Assembly: GCA_963836075.1 (NCBI GenBank)
Contig: CAWIIB010000001.1
Span: forward strand, 1,056,001-1,120,000
Direction of reading: 5' to 3'
DNA from: an uncultured Acidobacteriota bacterium
GTDB taxonomy: Bacteria > Acidobacteriota > JAQAZP01
DNA length: 64,000 bases
Shown here: piece by piece, positions 21,089-33,169 of the stretch
Layout of the letters: every line of letters starts with the position of its first letter
How positions within the stretch are numbered: position 1 is the stretch's first letter
The notes under the pieces: model-generated
What the model was told of the DNA's origin: nothing
The model's input: the letters and a program-made list of their open reading frames with translations, nothing else
Database searches by the model: none
Program-made: the position numbers and the translations under genes

Positions 21089-22907
21089 ATGAACATTCTG
21101 GGCATATCAGCGTTCTATCACGACAGCGCAGCCGCCCTTGTCTGCGACGGCAAGATCGTCGCCGCGGCCCAGGAGGAGCGGTTCACCCGGCGCAAGCACG
21201 ACCCGGGGTTCCCGGAGAAGGCGATCGCATTCTGCCTCGAGCAGGCGGGAATCAGCGTCGACGACCTCGACCGTGTCTGTTTCTACGACAAGCCGTTCAT
21301 CAAGTTCGAGCGTCTGCTGGAGACCTACCTGGCCTACGCCCCCGCCGGCATCTCCTCGTTCCTCAAGGCGATGCCGCTCTGGATCAAGAAGAAACTCTGG
21401 ATCGGTGAACTGATCCGGAAGACCCTGGGCTATGACGGCCAGATGGTCTACCCCGAACACCACCAGTCCCACGCGGCCTCGGCCTTTCTCCCCTCCCCGT
21501 TCCAGAACGCGGCCATCCTGACCCTTGACGGGGTTGGTGAATGGGCCACCGCCTCCTGGGGCGTGGGGCAGGACAACAAGGTCAACCTGAAGGCCGAGCT
21601 GACCTTCCCGCACAGCCTCGGGCTGCTCTACACCGCCTTTACCTACTACACCGGCTTCAAGGTGAACTCCGGTGAATACAAGGTGATGGGGCTGGCCCCC
21701 TACGGTGAACCGGAATACAAGGACACGATCCTCGAGCATCTGATGGACCTCAAGGAGGACGGCTCCTTCCGGCTGAACATGAAATATTTCAACTACTGCC
21801 AGGGCCTGACCATGACCTCCGAGGCCTTCCACGAGCTGTTCGGCGGACCGCCGCGGCAGCCGGAGTCGGAGCTGACCAGGAAAGAGATGGACCTGGCCCG
21901 CAGTGTCCAGGAAGTGGCCGAGCTGGTGATGCTGCGAATGGCCCGGCACATCCGCAGGGAGACCGGCGAAAAGCATCTCTGCCTCGCCGGGGGCGTGGCC
22001 CTCAACTGCGTGGGCAACGGGAAAATTCTCCGCGAGAAGATCTTCGACCGCATCTGGATCCAGCCGGCGGCCGGCGATGCCGGCGGCGCCCTGGGTGCGG
22101 CCCTCTTCACCTGGTACCACGTGGAAGACAACCCGCGCACGGCCCACGGGGTGCGGGACAGCCAGAGCGGCTCCTACCTCGGACCGGCCTTCAGCGGCGA
22201 CGAGGTGGAAACCTGGCTCAGGGAGCGGGGCTACCCCTACACCCGAATGCCGGCGGACGACATCCCCGCCGTACGTGGCCGAGCAGATCGACAACCAGAA
22301 AGTGATCGGCTGGTTCTCCGGCCCGATGGAGTTCGGGCCCCGGGCCCTCGGTGCGCGCAGCATCATCGGCGATGCCCGCAGCTCCGAAATGCAGTCGATC
22401 ATGAACCTGAAGATCAAGTACCGCGAGTCGTTCCGCCCCTTTGCACCCTCCTGTATCGTGGAAGACGTCAACGAATTCTTCGAGCTGGATGAGCCGTCGC
22501 CCTACATGCTGCTGGTGGCCAACGTCCAGGAGAAGCGGCGGGTGCAGATGACCGAGGAGCAGGAAAGCCTCTTCGGCATCGAAAAGCTGAACATCCCGCG
22601 GAGCGACATCCCGGCCATCACCCATGTGGATCACTCGGCCCGGGTCCAGACCGTCGACGCGCTGGACCACCCGCAATACCACGCGATGATTTCGAACTTC
22701 AAAAAGCGCACCGGATACGGGGTGATCATCAACACCTCGTTCAACGTGCGGGGGGAGCCGATCGTCTGCACCCCCTGGGACGCCTACCTCTGCTTCATGC
22801 GCACGGAGATGGAGGTGCTGGTGCTGGAGGACTGCGTGCTGCACAAAGCAGACCAGCCCGAACTGAGCGAGGAGAAGGACTGGCGCAAGGTATACGAACT
22901 CGATTGA
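21089..22907 (+). CDS. NodU/CmcH-family carbamoyltransferase (frameshift near 22270)
   Basis: ILGISAFYHDSAA, EHHQSHAASA, GEYKVMGLAPYG, EFGPRALG, INTSFNVRGEP. Confidence 0.9.
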
Positions 22908-22961
22908 CCTGCTGCCCGGCGAGACCACCCATGCCGGACAGAGCTGGAGAGGGCCCCGAGA

Positions 22962-23384
22962 ATGATGGACCTGATCAAGAAACTGATCGCGGCATCGGCC
23001 GACCGCCGGGAGATCAGAAAATTCGCCATTCCGGTGGCCGTGGTGCTCCTGGCCATCGGCCTGTTCGCCCTGTGGCGGGAAAAGTCCTTTGCCTGGCCCC
23101 TGGTGGGTGTCAGCGGGTTCCTCGTCGCCGCGGCGTATCTTCTTCCGGTGATCCTCCGGCCGCTCTACGTGCCCTGGATGCTGCTGGCCGCCGGTACTGG
23201 GCTGGGTGATGACCAGGGTCCTGCTCACGGTGACCTTCTTCTGATGATCACACCCATCGGGATTATCCGCCGGCTTTTCGGCAATGACTCCCTCAAACGG
23301 AAGTTCCCCGGCCAGGGGGACTCCTACTGGGAGCCGTGGGAAGAGCCGGAAGGCGGCCACACCAGGCACTACAAACCGTTCTGA
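22962..23384 (+). CDS. SxtJ family membrane protein (locally garbled by compensating indels)
   Basis: R.F...TM, 'PVILRPLYVPWMLLA', 'ITPIG..R..G.D.L....DSYW'. Confidence 0.75.
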   Translation: MMDLIKKLIAASADRREIRKFAIPVAVVLLAIGLFALWREKSFAWPLVGVSGFLVAAAYLLPVILRPLYVPWMLLAAGTGLGDDQGPAHGDLLLMITPIGIIRRLFGNDSLKRKFPGQGDSYWEPWEEPEGGHTRHYKPF

Positions 23385-23556
23385 CACTCCGTTGTGAGCC
23401 CCGCCCCATTGGTCAGCAAAAAAGTTGTTTCAGGGCTTGACAAATCGCTATTATTACTTAATAATTAATATACACTTATACGCCTGGCCGGTATCCCACC
23501 ATCCGGATCGCCCGCGCGCATCGAGCGGACCGGTAAACGTTTTGTGAGGTATCCAA

Positions 23557-25148
23557 TGAACGTATCTCCCGAAAGCCGGCCATCGCTCCCCGGCAGTCCT
23601 CCGGGGATTTCTGCCGCCGGCTGCCCGGTGGGGCTGCTGAGCCGCGCGGCCGCCTCGCTGAACCGGTCGCCGGCCCGCAAAAGCGCCCTGCGGGAGTCGA
23701 TGCGCTTTCTGCTGGAGGAAACCGGCGCCCGCCGCTGCCTGATCTACATCGAAAGCGGAGAAAACGACACGCTGCACCTGGATACGGGCTGTGACGAGCA
23801 GGGCGGCGACATCAGGAACAGACGACCGGATCAGCCGCGGTGTGGCGGGAACCGTGATCCACACCGCCGAACCACTGCTGCTGAACAGCGACGTCTCATC
23901 GAGCCGGCAGAGCCGTCAACAGGCCACCGCCGGGCTGGTCAACGCGGTGATCGCGGTCCCCCTGCGCTTCAACGGCTCCCTGTCCGGCGTGCTCTACATC
24001 GACCGCCTGGCCGACAAAGTCCGTTTCAGCAGGGCCCACCTCGCCTTTGCCTGCGCCTTCACCGAGATCATCGCCCTGGCCCTCAGGCACCACCCGCTGC
24101 CGCTCGGTTCATCTTCGACCACCGCGGCGCGGACGAGGGCGAAGCCCCGGCGCCGGACTCCTTCGCCCCCATCGTGGGGAACAGCCCGGCGATGAAAACG
24201 CTGCTGCGCCAGGCCCGGCAGGTTCTGCACCACAACGTGCCGGTGCTCATTCTCGGCGAGAGCGGCACAGGCAAGGAACTGCTGGCCAAAGCGATCCACG
24301 GCGGCGGCCGCAACTCCGGTTGTTCATTCGTTCCGCTGAACTGCACCGCGGTCCCCGGTGAACTGCTGGAAAGCGAACTGTTCGGCCACGTTCGCGGAGC
24401 CTTCACCGGCGCCGGCAACGACCGGCGGGGCCTGTTGGAGGAGGCCGACGGCGGAACGCTCTTCCTCGACGAGATCGGCGACCTGGCCCTTTCCACCCAG
24501 GCCAAACTGCTGCGGGTGCTGCAGGAAGGGGAGTTTCGCCGGGTGGGGGAAAACCGGATCAGGCAGGTCAATTTCCGGCTGATCACGGCCACCAACCGCG
24601 ACCTGAAGAGCGAGGTGGCCCGCCAGCGGTTCCGGCTGGACCTCTACTACCGCATCGCGGTGGTGGTGCTGCGCATCCCGCCCCTGCGGGAGCGGTCCGG
24701 CGACCTGCCGCTGCTGGTGGACCACTTCTTCCGCCGCTTCAACGGCCGGGGAAAATTCCAGGTGGCCTCGGTGGACCGGCCGGCAATGACCGCCCTGGCG
24801 GCCCACCAGTGGCCGGGGAATGTCCGGGAACTGGAAAACACCATCCACTCAGCGCTGGTGATGATGAACGGGGATACCGTGCTGGCCACCGAGCACCTGC
24901 CCCCGTCGGTCACCTTCCCCTTTGCCGGGGAGAGCGGAGCAGACGCCGACCCGCTGGACTGCGGCCTGCCGCTGCGCCAGGCCCGGGAGCGGTTCGACCG
25001 GCGGTATGTCACATCGATCCTGGAACGGCACAACGGCAACCGCACCCGCACCGCGTCGGCCCTCGGCATCTCGCGGCAGGCGCTGCTGAAGATGGTCAAG
25101 CGTCTGGGGCTGGCGCCGGGGAGACGCCCGCCGGCGGCACCAGTCTGA
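23557..25148 (+). CDS. GAF-domain sigma54-dependent (Fis-type) activator, N-terminal frameshifts
   Basis: GESGTGKE, ESELFGHVRGAFTGA, WPGNVRELEN, C-terminal HTH; GAF piece (VPLRFNGSLSGVLYID) in alternate frame. Confidence 0.85.
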
Positions 25149-26359
25149 ACAGGGCGGCCATGCAGCCGACGATGCACATCAGGTGCAGATACTGGTTCGG
25201 CCAGTAGAAGAACTCGTAGCCGGCCATGTCGACCAGCAGGCCGATCAGCGCCATGGTGCAGAGGGCCAGGCGGAGCTGGGCAGGCGGGGGTCGGGGAGAA
25301 CGGCGCAACCGCCGGGCGGCGCCCACCAGAAGCCAGCCCGCCAGCACGATGAAACCGATGGAGCCGGCGAGGCCCGTCTCGGCCAGGATGGTCAGGTACA
25401 TGTTGTCGGCGATCATGTTCTTGTGCGGCGTGGAATCCTCCTCGCGGTCGTAGTCGCTCGAACCGTATCCGATAGTGCTCGTAGCCGACCCCGACCAGCG
25501 GGTGGTCGCGAAACATCCGCCAGGCGATCTCAGCGCGGTTCAACCGGTAGTGCGAGACCACTCCCCCGCGGCCCAGGTAGTGCAGTCCCAGACGCTGGAA
25601 GGGCGACTGGGGTATGGAGCCGGCGGCCACCACCAGCAGGATCAGGAGAGAGTACACCAGTGCCTTGAACCGGCGGTCGGTGAACCAGAGATAGAACATC
25701 CAGGAGACCACCAGCCCCAGGCAGGCGCCGCGGGAAAAAGTGAGCACCAGCACCAGGGCCACCAGTCCGGTGCCGGCCCCGGCCAGCCAGCGGGTGCGGT
25801 TCGACGCCGCTTCCCGGAAGACCAGGATGTGAAACGGCAGGCTGGCCAGCAGGTATCCACCCAGGGCTGCCGGATTGTACTGGGTGGACATCGGTCTGAC
25901 CCGGCCCGCGATGTATCCGCGGTAATAGGGGTTCTCCAGCAGATGGCGATAGAGCGGGTTCTCCCCGAAGAGGAACTCGGCCAGCCCGCCCAAAGCCACA
26001 ACCGCACTCATGAAACAGAGCGCCACCGCCGCCAGCTTGAACACCCGCTGGTCGTTCACCGTCTCCGAGACAAGGTAGTAGACCAGGAGAGTGGCCAGCA
26101 CGAGGTCGATGCAGATCCGTACCGATACCGGGGCCAGCCCGGAAGCAAAGGCACCCGGAATCAGGGATACGGTGAACACCCAGACCGGCCAGTCGGACCA
26201 GCTGAAAATCCGGCCCCTCTTTTCCAGCAGCAGCGCGGCCACGGCCAGGGCCAGGCCGACCCGGGTGACCAGGGGAAAATCGTTCTGCACCGAACGGGGA
26301 AAAAACGAGAGCCAGAAGAGCAGCAGGATCAGGCCGGCGATGGAGAGTCGTTTGAACAT
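25096..26359 (-). CDS. O-antigen ligase (Wzy_C) family membrane protein, frameshift near 25440
   Basis: R..ST..NP, LTFSRGA, HPLVGVG, DNMYLTILAETGL.G. Confidence 0.8.
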
Positions 26360-26507
26360 CAGGGCCTCATATTACCACTTTGACGGGAGTTCCCACAAAG
26401 CATGGCGCCGAGTGTACCGGCACCCCGCTGCATGTGATATAAGATATCGGTGTCCCGGAATCTCGTCTCCCGGCGGGCGTAGCAGCCCGCCGGCCATGGT
26501 TCTCCGC

Positions 26508-27429
26508 ATGAAACGTTTTCTCACGCGACGGCTGCTGCTGCTGGTGCCGGTGACTCTCGGCGTCCTGACCCTGGTCTTCTCGCTGGTCCACCTGATCCCG
26601 GGAGACCCGGTGGAGATCATGCTCGGCGAGGGCGCCTCGGCCGCCGACATGGACAACCTGCGGCACCAGCTGGGTCTGGACCGCCCCCTTGCCGTGCAGT
26701 ACCTGGCACTACATCAACGGCCTGCTGCGCGGCGATCTCGGCACGTCCCTCTCCTACGGCGAACCGGTGGCCGCCCTGATCGCCGGCCGGCTGCTGCCCA
26801 CCCTGCTGCTCACCGTGGCCAGCCTGCTGGTGGCCCTGGCCATCGCGCTCCCCGCCGGCGTGCTGGGGGCGGTGAAGCAGAACAGCCCCGGTGACCACCT
26901 GCTCACCGTGTTGACCCTGCTCGGCGTGTCGATGCCCAACTTCTGGCTCGGACCGCTGCTGATCATCCTCTTCTCCATCCAGTTGGGCTGGCTGCCGGTC
27001 TCCGGCATGGAGGGCCCGTTGAGCATCGTTCTCCCGGCGATCACCCTGGGCACCGCGCTGGCCGCGGTGCTCACCAGGATGATCCGCTCCAGCCTGCTGG
27101 AGGAACTGGGAGAGGAGTACGTCCGGGCGGCGCGGGCCAAGGGACTTCCCGAGAACCGTGTGCTGTGGAAACACGCCATGCGCAATGCCCTGATCCCGGT
27201 GCTCACCGTGATCGGGCTGCAGTTCGGTTCCCTGCTCACCGGGGCAATCATCACCGAAACCATCTTCTCCTGGCCCGGGCTGGGACAGTTGTTGATCCGG
27301 TCGATCAACTACCGCGATTTCCCCCTGGTCCAGGGGTGCATCCTGGCCATCTCCATCATTTATATCGCGGTGAACCTGCTGACCGACCTGGCCTACGGCT
27401 GGCTCGACCCGAGGATCAAACTCTCATGA
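26508..27429 (+). CDS. Dipeptide/oligopeptide/nickel ABC permease (DppB-like), frameshift near 26700
   Basis: HLIPGDPV, GDLGTS, YVRAARAKGL, ETIFSWPGLG. Confidence 0.9.
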
Positions 27430-28307
27430 GCACACCGGTGAACACTCTGCGGCACCGCACCAGCGCTCCTGGGCGGCCAGGACCGGCCCGGGGCCGCAAC
27501 CCGCTGGTGATCACCGGCGGGCTGATCATCGCCCTGCTGGTGCTCACCGCCGTTCTGGCCCCGTGGCTCGCCCCCCGGTCGGTGAGCGAGCAGGACCTCT
27601 CCCGCCGGCTGTCACCGCCGACGCCGGAGAACCTGCTGGGGTGCGATGAACTGGGGCGGGACATGCTCTCCAGGCTGATCTACGGCTCGCGGGTCTCACT
27701 GAAAGTGGGCCTGCTGGTGGTGCTCATCTCCGGGTGCCTGGGCCTGGTGATCGGAATGATATCGGGGTATTTCGGCGGCCTGCTGGACGAAATGCTGATG
27801 CGGCTGATCGACATTCTGCTGGCCTTCCCCGGCATCCTGCTGGCCATCGCCCTGGTGGCGGTTCTGGGGCCGGGGCTGAACCACGTGATCCTGGCCCTCT
27901 GCCTCATCGGCTGGGTGGGCTATGCCCGGCTGGCCCGGGGACAGACCCTGAAAGTGCGGGAGCTGGATTTCGTCACCGCGGCCCGGGCCCAGGGCAGCGG
28001 GCCGCTGCGCCTGATCTTTCGCCACGTGGCGCCGAACATCCTCGGGCCGATGATCGTCCAGGCCACCCTGGGCATGGCCGGCGCCATCCTCGCCGAAGCG
28101 GGTCTCAGTTTCCTCGGCCTCGGCGTGGTGCCCCCCGAACCGAGCTGGGGCTCGATGCTCAACACCGGCTGCAGCCACCTCTCCACCGCGCCGCACCTGA
28201 CCCTCTTCCCCGGCCTGGCGATCATGCTGGTGGTGCTGGGGTTGAACTTCCTCGGTGACGGGTTGCGGGACGTGCTGGACCCCAAGCTGAAGAAAGGCGG
28301 GGGCTAG
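27426..28307 (+). CDS. Dipeptide/oligopeptide/nickel ABC permease (DppC-like)
   Basis: LGCDELGRD, EAGLSFLGLG, LGDGLRDVLDP. Confidence 0.9.
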   Translation: MSTPVNTLRHRTSAPGRPGPARGRNPLVITGGLIIALLVLTAVLAPWLAPRSVSEQDLSRRLSPPTPENLLGCDELGRDMLSRLIYGSRVSLKVGLLVVLISGCLGLVIGMISGYFGGLLDEMLMRLIDILLAFPGILLAIALVAVLGPGLNHVILALCLIGWVGYARLARGQTLKVRELDFVTAARAQGSGPLRLIFRHVAPNILGPMIVQATLGMAGAILAEAGLSFLGLGVVPPEPSWGSMLNTGCSHLSTAPHLTLFPGLAIMLVVLGLNFLGDGLRDVLDPKLKKGGG

Positions 28308-28879
28308 TTCTCTTTGTATGAGATGTCGAAGGCCACATCCTCGTTCATCACCTGCTTCTTGACCATCACGGTGACGGCACGCTGGTCCTTGCGGAAGGTG
28401 AACACACTGAGGATCGGCTTGCTCGAGCGGTTGACCAGCTTCCAGCCCTGCTCCGGCATCTGGTGGACGAAGAACTCGCCCACCGCTGCCCGGCGGTAGG
28501 AGGTGATGCAGCCGAGTACGAAGTCGGTCTCGCCCAACTGGCGCACCGAGCTGATGGAAAGCCAGTTGCCCAGGGGGATGTCGTCGGGAAACGTCGGCGG
28601 CAGGGCCGCGGCCAGTTCGGGCTTCAGTTCTTCGGCCACGGCCAGGGCCGCACCGTCACGGCTCCGGCCTTTGATCGACTCCGGGTCCATGGTCTCGCCG
28701 GTGCCCCGCTTTTGTGCCGCGGCCTTGACCGCTCTGGTTTTGGGCTGGTCCACCTGCTCAGCCGGTTTCTCCGCTTCGAGTGATTCACCCGTGCCGCAGC
28801 CGGCCATGAAGAGGGCCAGAACCAGAAGGATGGTGAAAGACGTGCTCATGGAACGATGGTGCGACTGTTTCATTTCCAC
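28304..28879 (-). CDS. Hypothetical lipoprotein
   Basis: FMAGC lipobox; LPPTFPDDIP motif. Confidence 0.6.
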   Translation of the reverse strand: MEMKQSHHRSMSTSFTILLVLALFMAGCGTGESLEAEKPAEQVDQPKTRAVKAAAQKRGTGETMDPESIKGRSRDGAALAVAEELKPELAAALPPTFPDDIPLGNWLSISSVRQLGETDFVLGCITSYRRAAVGEFFVHQMPEQGWKLVNRSSKPILSVFTFRKDQRAVTVMVKKQVMNEDVAFDISYKEN

Positions 28880-28883
28880 CGGA

Positions 28884-29456
28884 TCAGAAGCGGCGATAAA
28901 GCCTGAGGGTCACAAGTTCAAACTGGCGGCGGTCGAACATGGTGTCGCGCCGCTTGTGGTGTTCGATCTCCATTCTGGCCCCGCCCTTGAGAATAAACGA
29001 ATTTCGCTCGGAGGGAACCGAACTGTCGAACCGCAGATAGGACACCAGTTCACGGACCCGCTGGATGGTCACCGCCCTCCTGAAAAAGAGGTTCGGCAGC
29101 TGGCTGCGCTTGAACTCCATCAGGCCGAGGAAGAGGTGCTCCGGGCGGACCCGGGTGTGGCCGAAACTCTCCGCTTCCAGACCGGCCTCGATAACGATCT
29201 CCAGCGCCCGGTGGCCGAATGCCACCCCGGACATCGGCGTGGCCACCGCGGCTTCGGGGTTGTTGTGGCAGATCTGCTCGAGAATTTTCAGCGAATTGAG
29301 CCGGTAGCAAGCAGCAACAGCATCAATCAGGATATAATCCTCACGGAACAGGGCCAGCAGCAGGTGGTCCGGAGACACGATGTCCCTGCCGCGGAGACTG
29401 CAATCATACGCGGCGTATGAAAGTATGCGCTTGACCCCTTGCCCGAGCTGGACCAT
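28884..29456 (-). CDS. Stand-alone Clp N-terminal repeat domain protein
   Basis: Two repeats: 'IVSPDHLLLALF' and 'EAESFGHTRVRPEHLFLGL'. Confidence 0.7.
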   Translation of the reverse strand: MVQLGQGVKRILSYAAYDCSLRGRDIVSPDHLLLALFREDYILIDAVAACYRLNSLKILEQICHNNPEAAVATPMSGVAFGHRALEIVIEAGLEAESFGHTRVRPEHLFLGLMEFKRSQLPNLFFRRAVTIQRVRELVSYLRFDSSVPSERNSFILKGGARMEIEHHKRRDTMFDRRQFELVTLRLYRRF

Positions 29457-29590
29457 TGGTATCTCCCGCCTGCGGCGCCGCTTCCGGAACCGGTCCGGGC
29501 GGCGCGTGAGGCATCTGCAGCAATTATGATCGGAATCCCATGGTGATTTCAAGTTCTCCCGGGCCTTCCGTATCCAGGAGTGCGGTGAAC

Positions 29591-29618
29591 TTGACTTTTC
29601 CGCTGCCGTTTTTATAAT
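29591..29618 (+). promoter_or_regulatory. sigma70-type promoter of the gld-like ABC operon
   Basis: TTGACT-16 bp-TATAAT. Confidence 0.55.
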
Positions 29619-29709
29619 TTTTTGCGTTCAACTCCCAGCATCCCGACCGCCCCGCGGCCGAAATCCGGCCGGCGGATACGGAGGGAACAAGACGGAATGA
29701 GGATGGCTC

Positions 29710-30651
29710 ATGATCAATGTGCAGAACATCTCCAAGCATTTCGGGGAAACGGTGGCCCTGCGCGGCGTCTCCTTTGAAGTGCAGAAAGGTGAGGTGCTCG
29801 GGTTCCTCGGCCCCAACGGGGCGGGGAAATCCACCACCATGCGCATCATCACCTGCTACATGCCGGCCGATTCGGGGTCCGTCTCGGTGGCCGGTTTCGA
29901 CGTCTACGATGATTCCCTCGAAGTCCGACGCCGTCTGGGCTACCTGCCGGAAAATGCCCCGCTCTACCACGACATGAAAGTGAACGAGTTCCTCGGCTAT
30001 ATCGCCGATATCCGGCAGGTCGACGCCACCCGGCGCGTGCAACGGATCGGCAGGATGGTGGAGGTCTGCGGCCTGGAAACGGTGCTGAACAAGAACATCG
30101 CCCATCTCTCCCGCGGCTACCGGCAGCGGGTGGGCCTGGCCCAGTCGATGCTCCACGATCCCGACATCCTGATTCTCGACGAGCCGACCCTGGGCCTCGA
30201 CCCGAACCAGATCATCGAGATCCGCGAGTTGATCAAGCAGCTGGGCCGCGAGAAGACGGTGATTCTCTGTTCGCACATTCTGCCCGAGGTGTCGGCCACC
30301 TGCTCGCGGATCATCATCATCAACGACGGGCGGATCGTGGCCAGCGGCGCCCCCGACGAACTGACCAGCAAGGCCGGCGGCGCACCAGTGCTCTACATCA
30401 CGGTCCGCGGCCCGGCTGACGAGGTGGCCGCCCGGCTGTCCCGGGTGGACGGGATCACCGGCGTCAGGGCCGCTGGCGAACTCGAGGACGGGATGCAGCG
30501 GTTCACCGTCACCGGGCGGGAAGGCACCCGGCCCGGCGAAGACCTGTTCCGGGCCGTGGTGGATGGCGGCTGGAGCATCAGCGAACTGCGGCAGGAGAGC
30601 GCCACCCTCGAGGACGTGTTCACCAAACTGACCACCGGGGAGAGGGCATAG
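29710..30651 (+). CDS. ABC-2 ATPase (GldA-like)
   Basis: GPNGAGKS, LSRGYRQRVG, DEPTLGLDPNQ. Confidence 0.9.
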   Translation: MINVQNISKHFGETVALRGVSFEVQKGEVLGFLGPNGAGKSTTMRIITCYMPADSGSVSVAGFDVYDDSLEVRRRLGYLPENAPLYHDMKVNEFLGYIADIRQVDATRRVQRIGRMVEVCGLETVLNKNIAHLSRGYRQRVGLAQSMLHDPDILILDEPTLGLDPNQIIEIRELIKQLGREKTVILCSHILPEVSATCSRIIIINDGRIVASGAPDELTSKAGGAPVLYITVRGPADEVAARLSRVDGITGVRAAGELEDGMQRFTVTGREGTRPGEDLFRAVVDGGWSISELRQESATLEDVFTKLTTGERA

Positions 30652-30653
30652 AC

Positions 30654-31370
30654 ATGGGAACCATAGCCGCAACCTTCAAAAAAGAGTTTCGCGCCTATTT
30701 CAACTCCCCCATCGCCTACATCTTCATCACCGTCTTCCTGGTGCTGTCGAACTGGCTCTTCATGCGGGGTTTCTTCATTTACAACCAGGCGGACATGCGC
30801 GGGTATTTCGCCTTTCTGCCCTGGATCTTCCTCTTCTTCATCCCGGCGGTGACCATGCGGCTGTGGGCCGAGGAGAAGAAGCTGGGAACCATGGAGCTGC
30901 TGATGACCTTTCCGGTGAAGGACCGGGACGTGGTGCTGGGCAAATACCTGGCCAGCCTGCTCTTCCTCACCATCACCGTCCTGCTCTCCTTCAGCATCCC
31001 GCTGACCATCTCCATCCTCGGCGACCCGGACGGCGGCCCGATCATGGGCAGCTACCTGGGAACGATCCTGATGGGGGCGGCCTACCTGGCCATCGGCCTC
31101 TTTCTCTCCAGCCTCACCGAGAACCAGATCGTCGCCTTTATCCTCGGCGTGGCGGGCTGCTTCCTGCTCTTCATCATCGGTGAGGGGTTCGTCCTCTTCA
31201 CCCTGCCCCAGGCCCTGGTCCCGCTGTTCAAGTTTCTCGGGCTGGGGACTCACTTTGACAGCATCAGCCGGGGAGTGCTCGACTCGAGGGACATCCTCTA
31301 CTACGTTTCCGTGGTCGTCTTCTTCCTGTATCTGAACGTCCGGTCGCTCGAGAGCCGGAAGTGGAAATAG
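30654..31370 (+). CDS. ABC-2 permease (GldF-like)
   Basis: KEFRAYFNSPIAY, AEEKKLGTMELL, SSLTENQIVA. Confidence 0.9.
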   Translation: MGTIAATFKKEFRAYFNSPIAYIFITVFLVLSNWLFMRGFFIYNQADMRGYFAFLPWIFLFFIPAVTMRLWAEEKKLGTMELLMTFPVKDRDVVLGKYLASLLFLTITVLLSFSIPLTISILGDPDGGPIMGSYLGTILMGAAYLAIGLFLSSLTENQIVAFILGVAGCFLLFIIGEGFVLFTLPQALVPLFKFLGLGTHFDSISRGVLDSRDILYYVSVVVFFLYLNVRSLESRKWK

Positions 31371-31390
31371 CGGAGGGGAGATCGGACACA

Positions 31391-33164
31391 ATGGCCAACA
31401 GAAGCAAAATCCGGATCAGCACCAACGTCATCCTGATGATCCTGATCGTGGCGGGCGTCCTGGCGGTGGTCAACTTCATCGCCCAGCGGCATTTCTTCCG
31501 CCTCGACCTCACCGAGAACAAGCAGTACACCATTTCCGACGCCACCAGGAAGATCGTCGGCAACCTCGACGACCTGGTCAACGTGAAGATCTTCTTCTCC
31601 CACAAGCTGCCGCCGCAGATGGTCAACCTGGAGAACCAGATCAGCGACCTCTTCGACGAGCTGGAGGCCTATCTCCGACGGCAACCTGCGGGTGGAATAC
31701 ATCGACCCCGGTGACGACCCCGAGCTGCAGCAGCTGGCGCAGAGCTTCACCATCCCCCAGGTCCAGCTCAACATCTACGAGAAGGACAAGGCCGAGGTGA
31801 CCTCGGCCTACATGGGCATCGGCTTCATGTACGGCGACCGCAAGGAAGCGATCCCGATCATCCAGAACCTGCAGAGCCTGGAATACGACGTGGCCTCGCG
31901 GCTGCTCAAACTGACCCGCGAAGAGGTGGAGACCGTCGGTTTCCTGGTGGGTCACGAGGGCCCGGACATTTACGACGACGCGCAGTACGGAGCGCTGCGC
32001 CGGGAGCTGGAGAAGGAATACCGGGTGACCATGGTGGACCTGACCTCGGGCGGTGACGTGCCGCCGGAGGTGGACACCCTGGTGGTGGCCGGGCCGAAGA
32101 CGATCCTCAAGGAGCGGGAGAAGTTCGAAATCGACCAGTTCCTGATGCGGGGCGGCCGGGGAATCTTCCTCCTCGACCCGGTGAAGATGAACCCCGGGCT
32201 GCAGGCCACACCCCAGCCGACGAACCTCGACGACCTGCTGGCCCACTACGGCGTGCGGGTCTCCCGGGACCTGGTGATCGACAGCCTGAACAGCATGGCT
32301 TCCTTCAGCCGGGGCAACATGCGCTACAGCCTGCCCTACCCCTACTGGCCCCGGGTGCACAAGTCGAACTTCAACCGGGACAACCCGGTGGTCAACAAGC
32401 TGGACGGGCTGACCCTGCCCTGGTGCAGCCCGCTGCGGCTGCTCACCGCCGAGGTGGAGGAGGTGGCGCTGCCTGACGGCGAGGAGGCGGGAGCCGACCC
32501 CGCTGCTGAGGACGGCGACCCGGACGGGGAAACCGAAAGCCGGGAATCATTCATGTGGCCCAGGGCGGGGAGGTGGAGAACGTCCGGGGCATCGTCCTGG
32601 CCACCAGCACCCAGTTCGGCTCGGTGCTGAAGAGCCCGTTCAATCTCGACCCGCAGCAGAAGTTCAACCCCGGGGAGACCGGCCGCTACCCACTGGCCGT
32701 GGCCCTCGTCGGGCAGTTCACCAGCTTTTTCCGCGACCGGCCGATCCCCAAGCCGCTCACCGGTGAGGAAGACGATCAGCAGATGGACCTCTCGGCGATG
32801 CTCTCTCCGGGCGGTGAGGAAGAGGAAGAACGGGAGCCGATACTGGAGGAGAGCCCGGTGACGCAGATCATCGTGGTGGGCAACGCCCTCTTTGCCAACT
32901 CCAGCTACGCGTCCCAGTTCCCGGGCAACGGCATCTTCCTGCTCAACGCCATCGACTGGGCCACCCGGGGTGGCGACCTGATCGACATCCGCTCCCGGGC
33001 GGTGATCGACCGGCCGCTCAAGGAAGTGTCCGCCCGCGGGAAAACCATGGTCCGCTTCCTGAACAACTTCGGCATTTCACTGCTGGTGGTGCTCTTCGGG
33101 CTCTACCGCTTTTACACCCGCCGGAAGAACAGAACCGACGCCGGCGCCCCAGCCAGGAGATTGA
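31391..33164 (+). CDS. GldG-like ABC auxiliary component (frameshifts near 31680, 32555, 33150)
   Basis: RLDLTENKQYTIS, GHEG, DQFLMRGG, FLLNAIDW, C-terminal TM. Confidence 0.8.
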
Positions 33165-33169
33165 GGACG

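Noticed and set aside
20848-23384. Saxitoxin biosynthesis cluster
   Set aside because: Only the generic sxtI/J/K-like module; no sxtA, sxtG or other core genes
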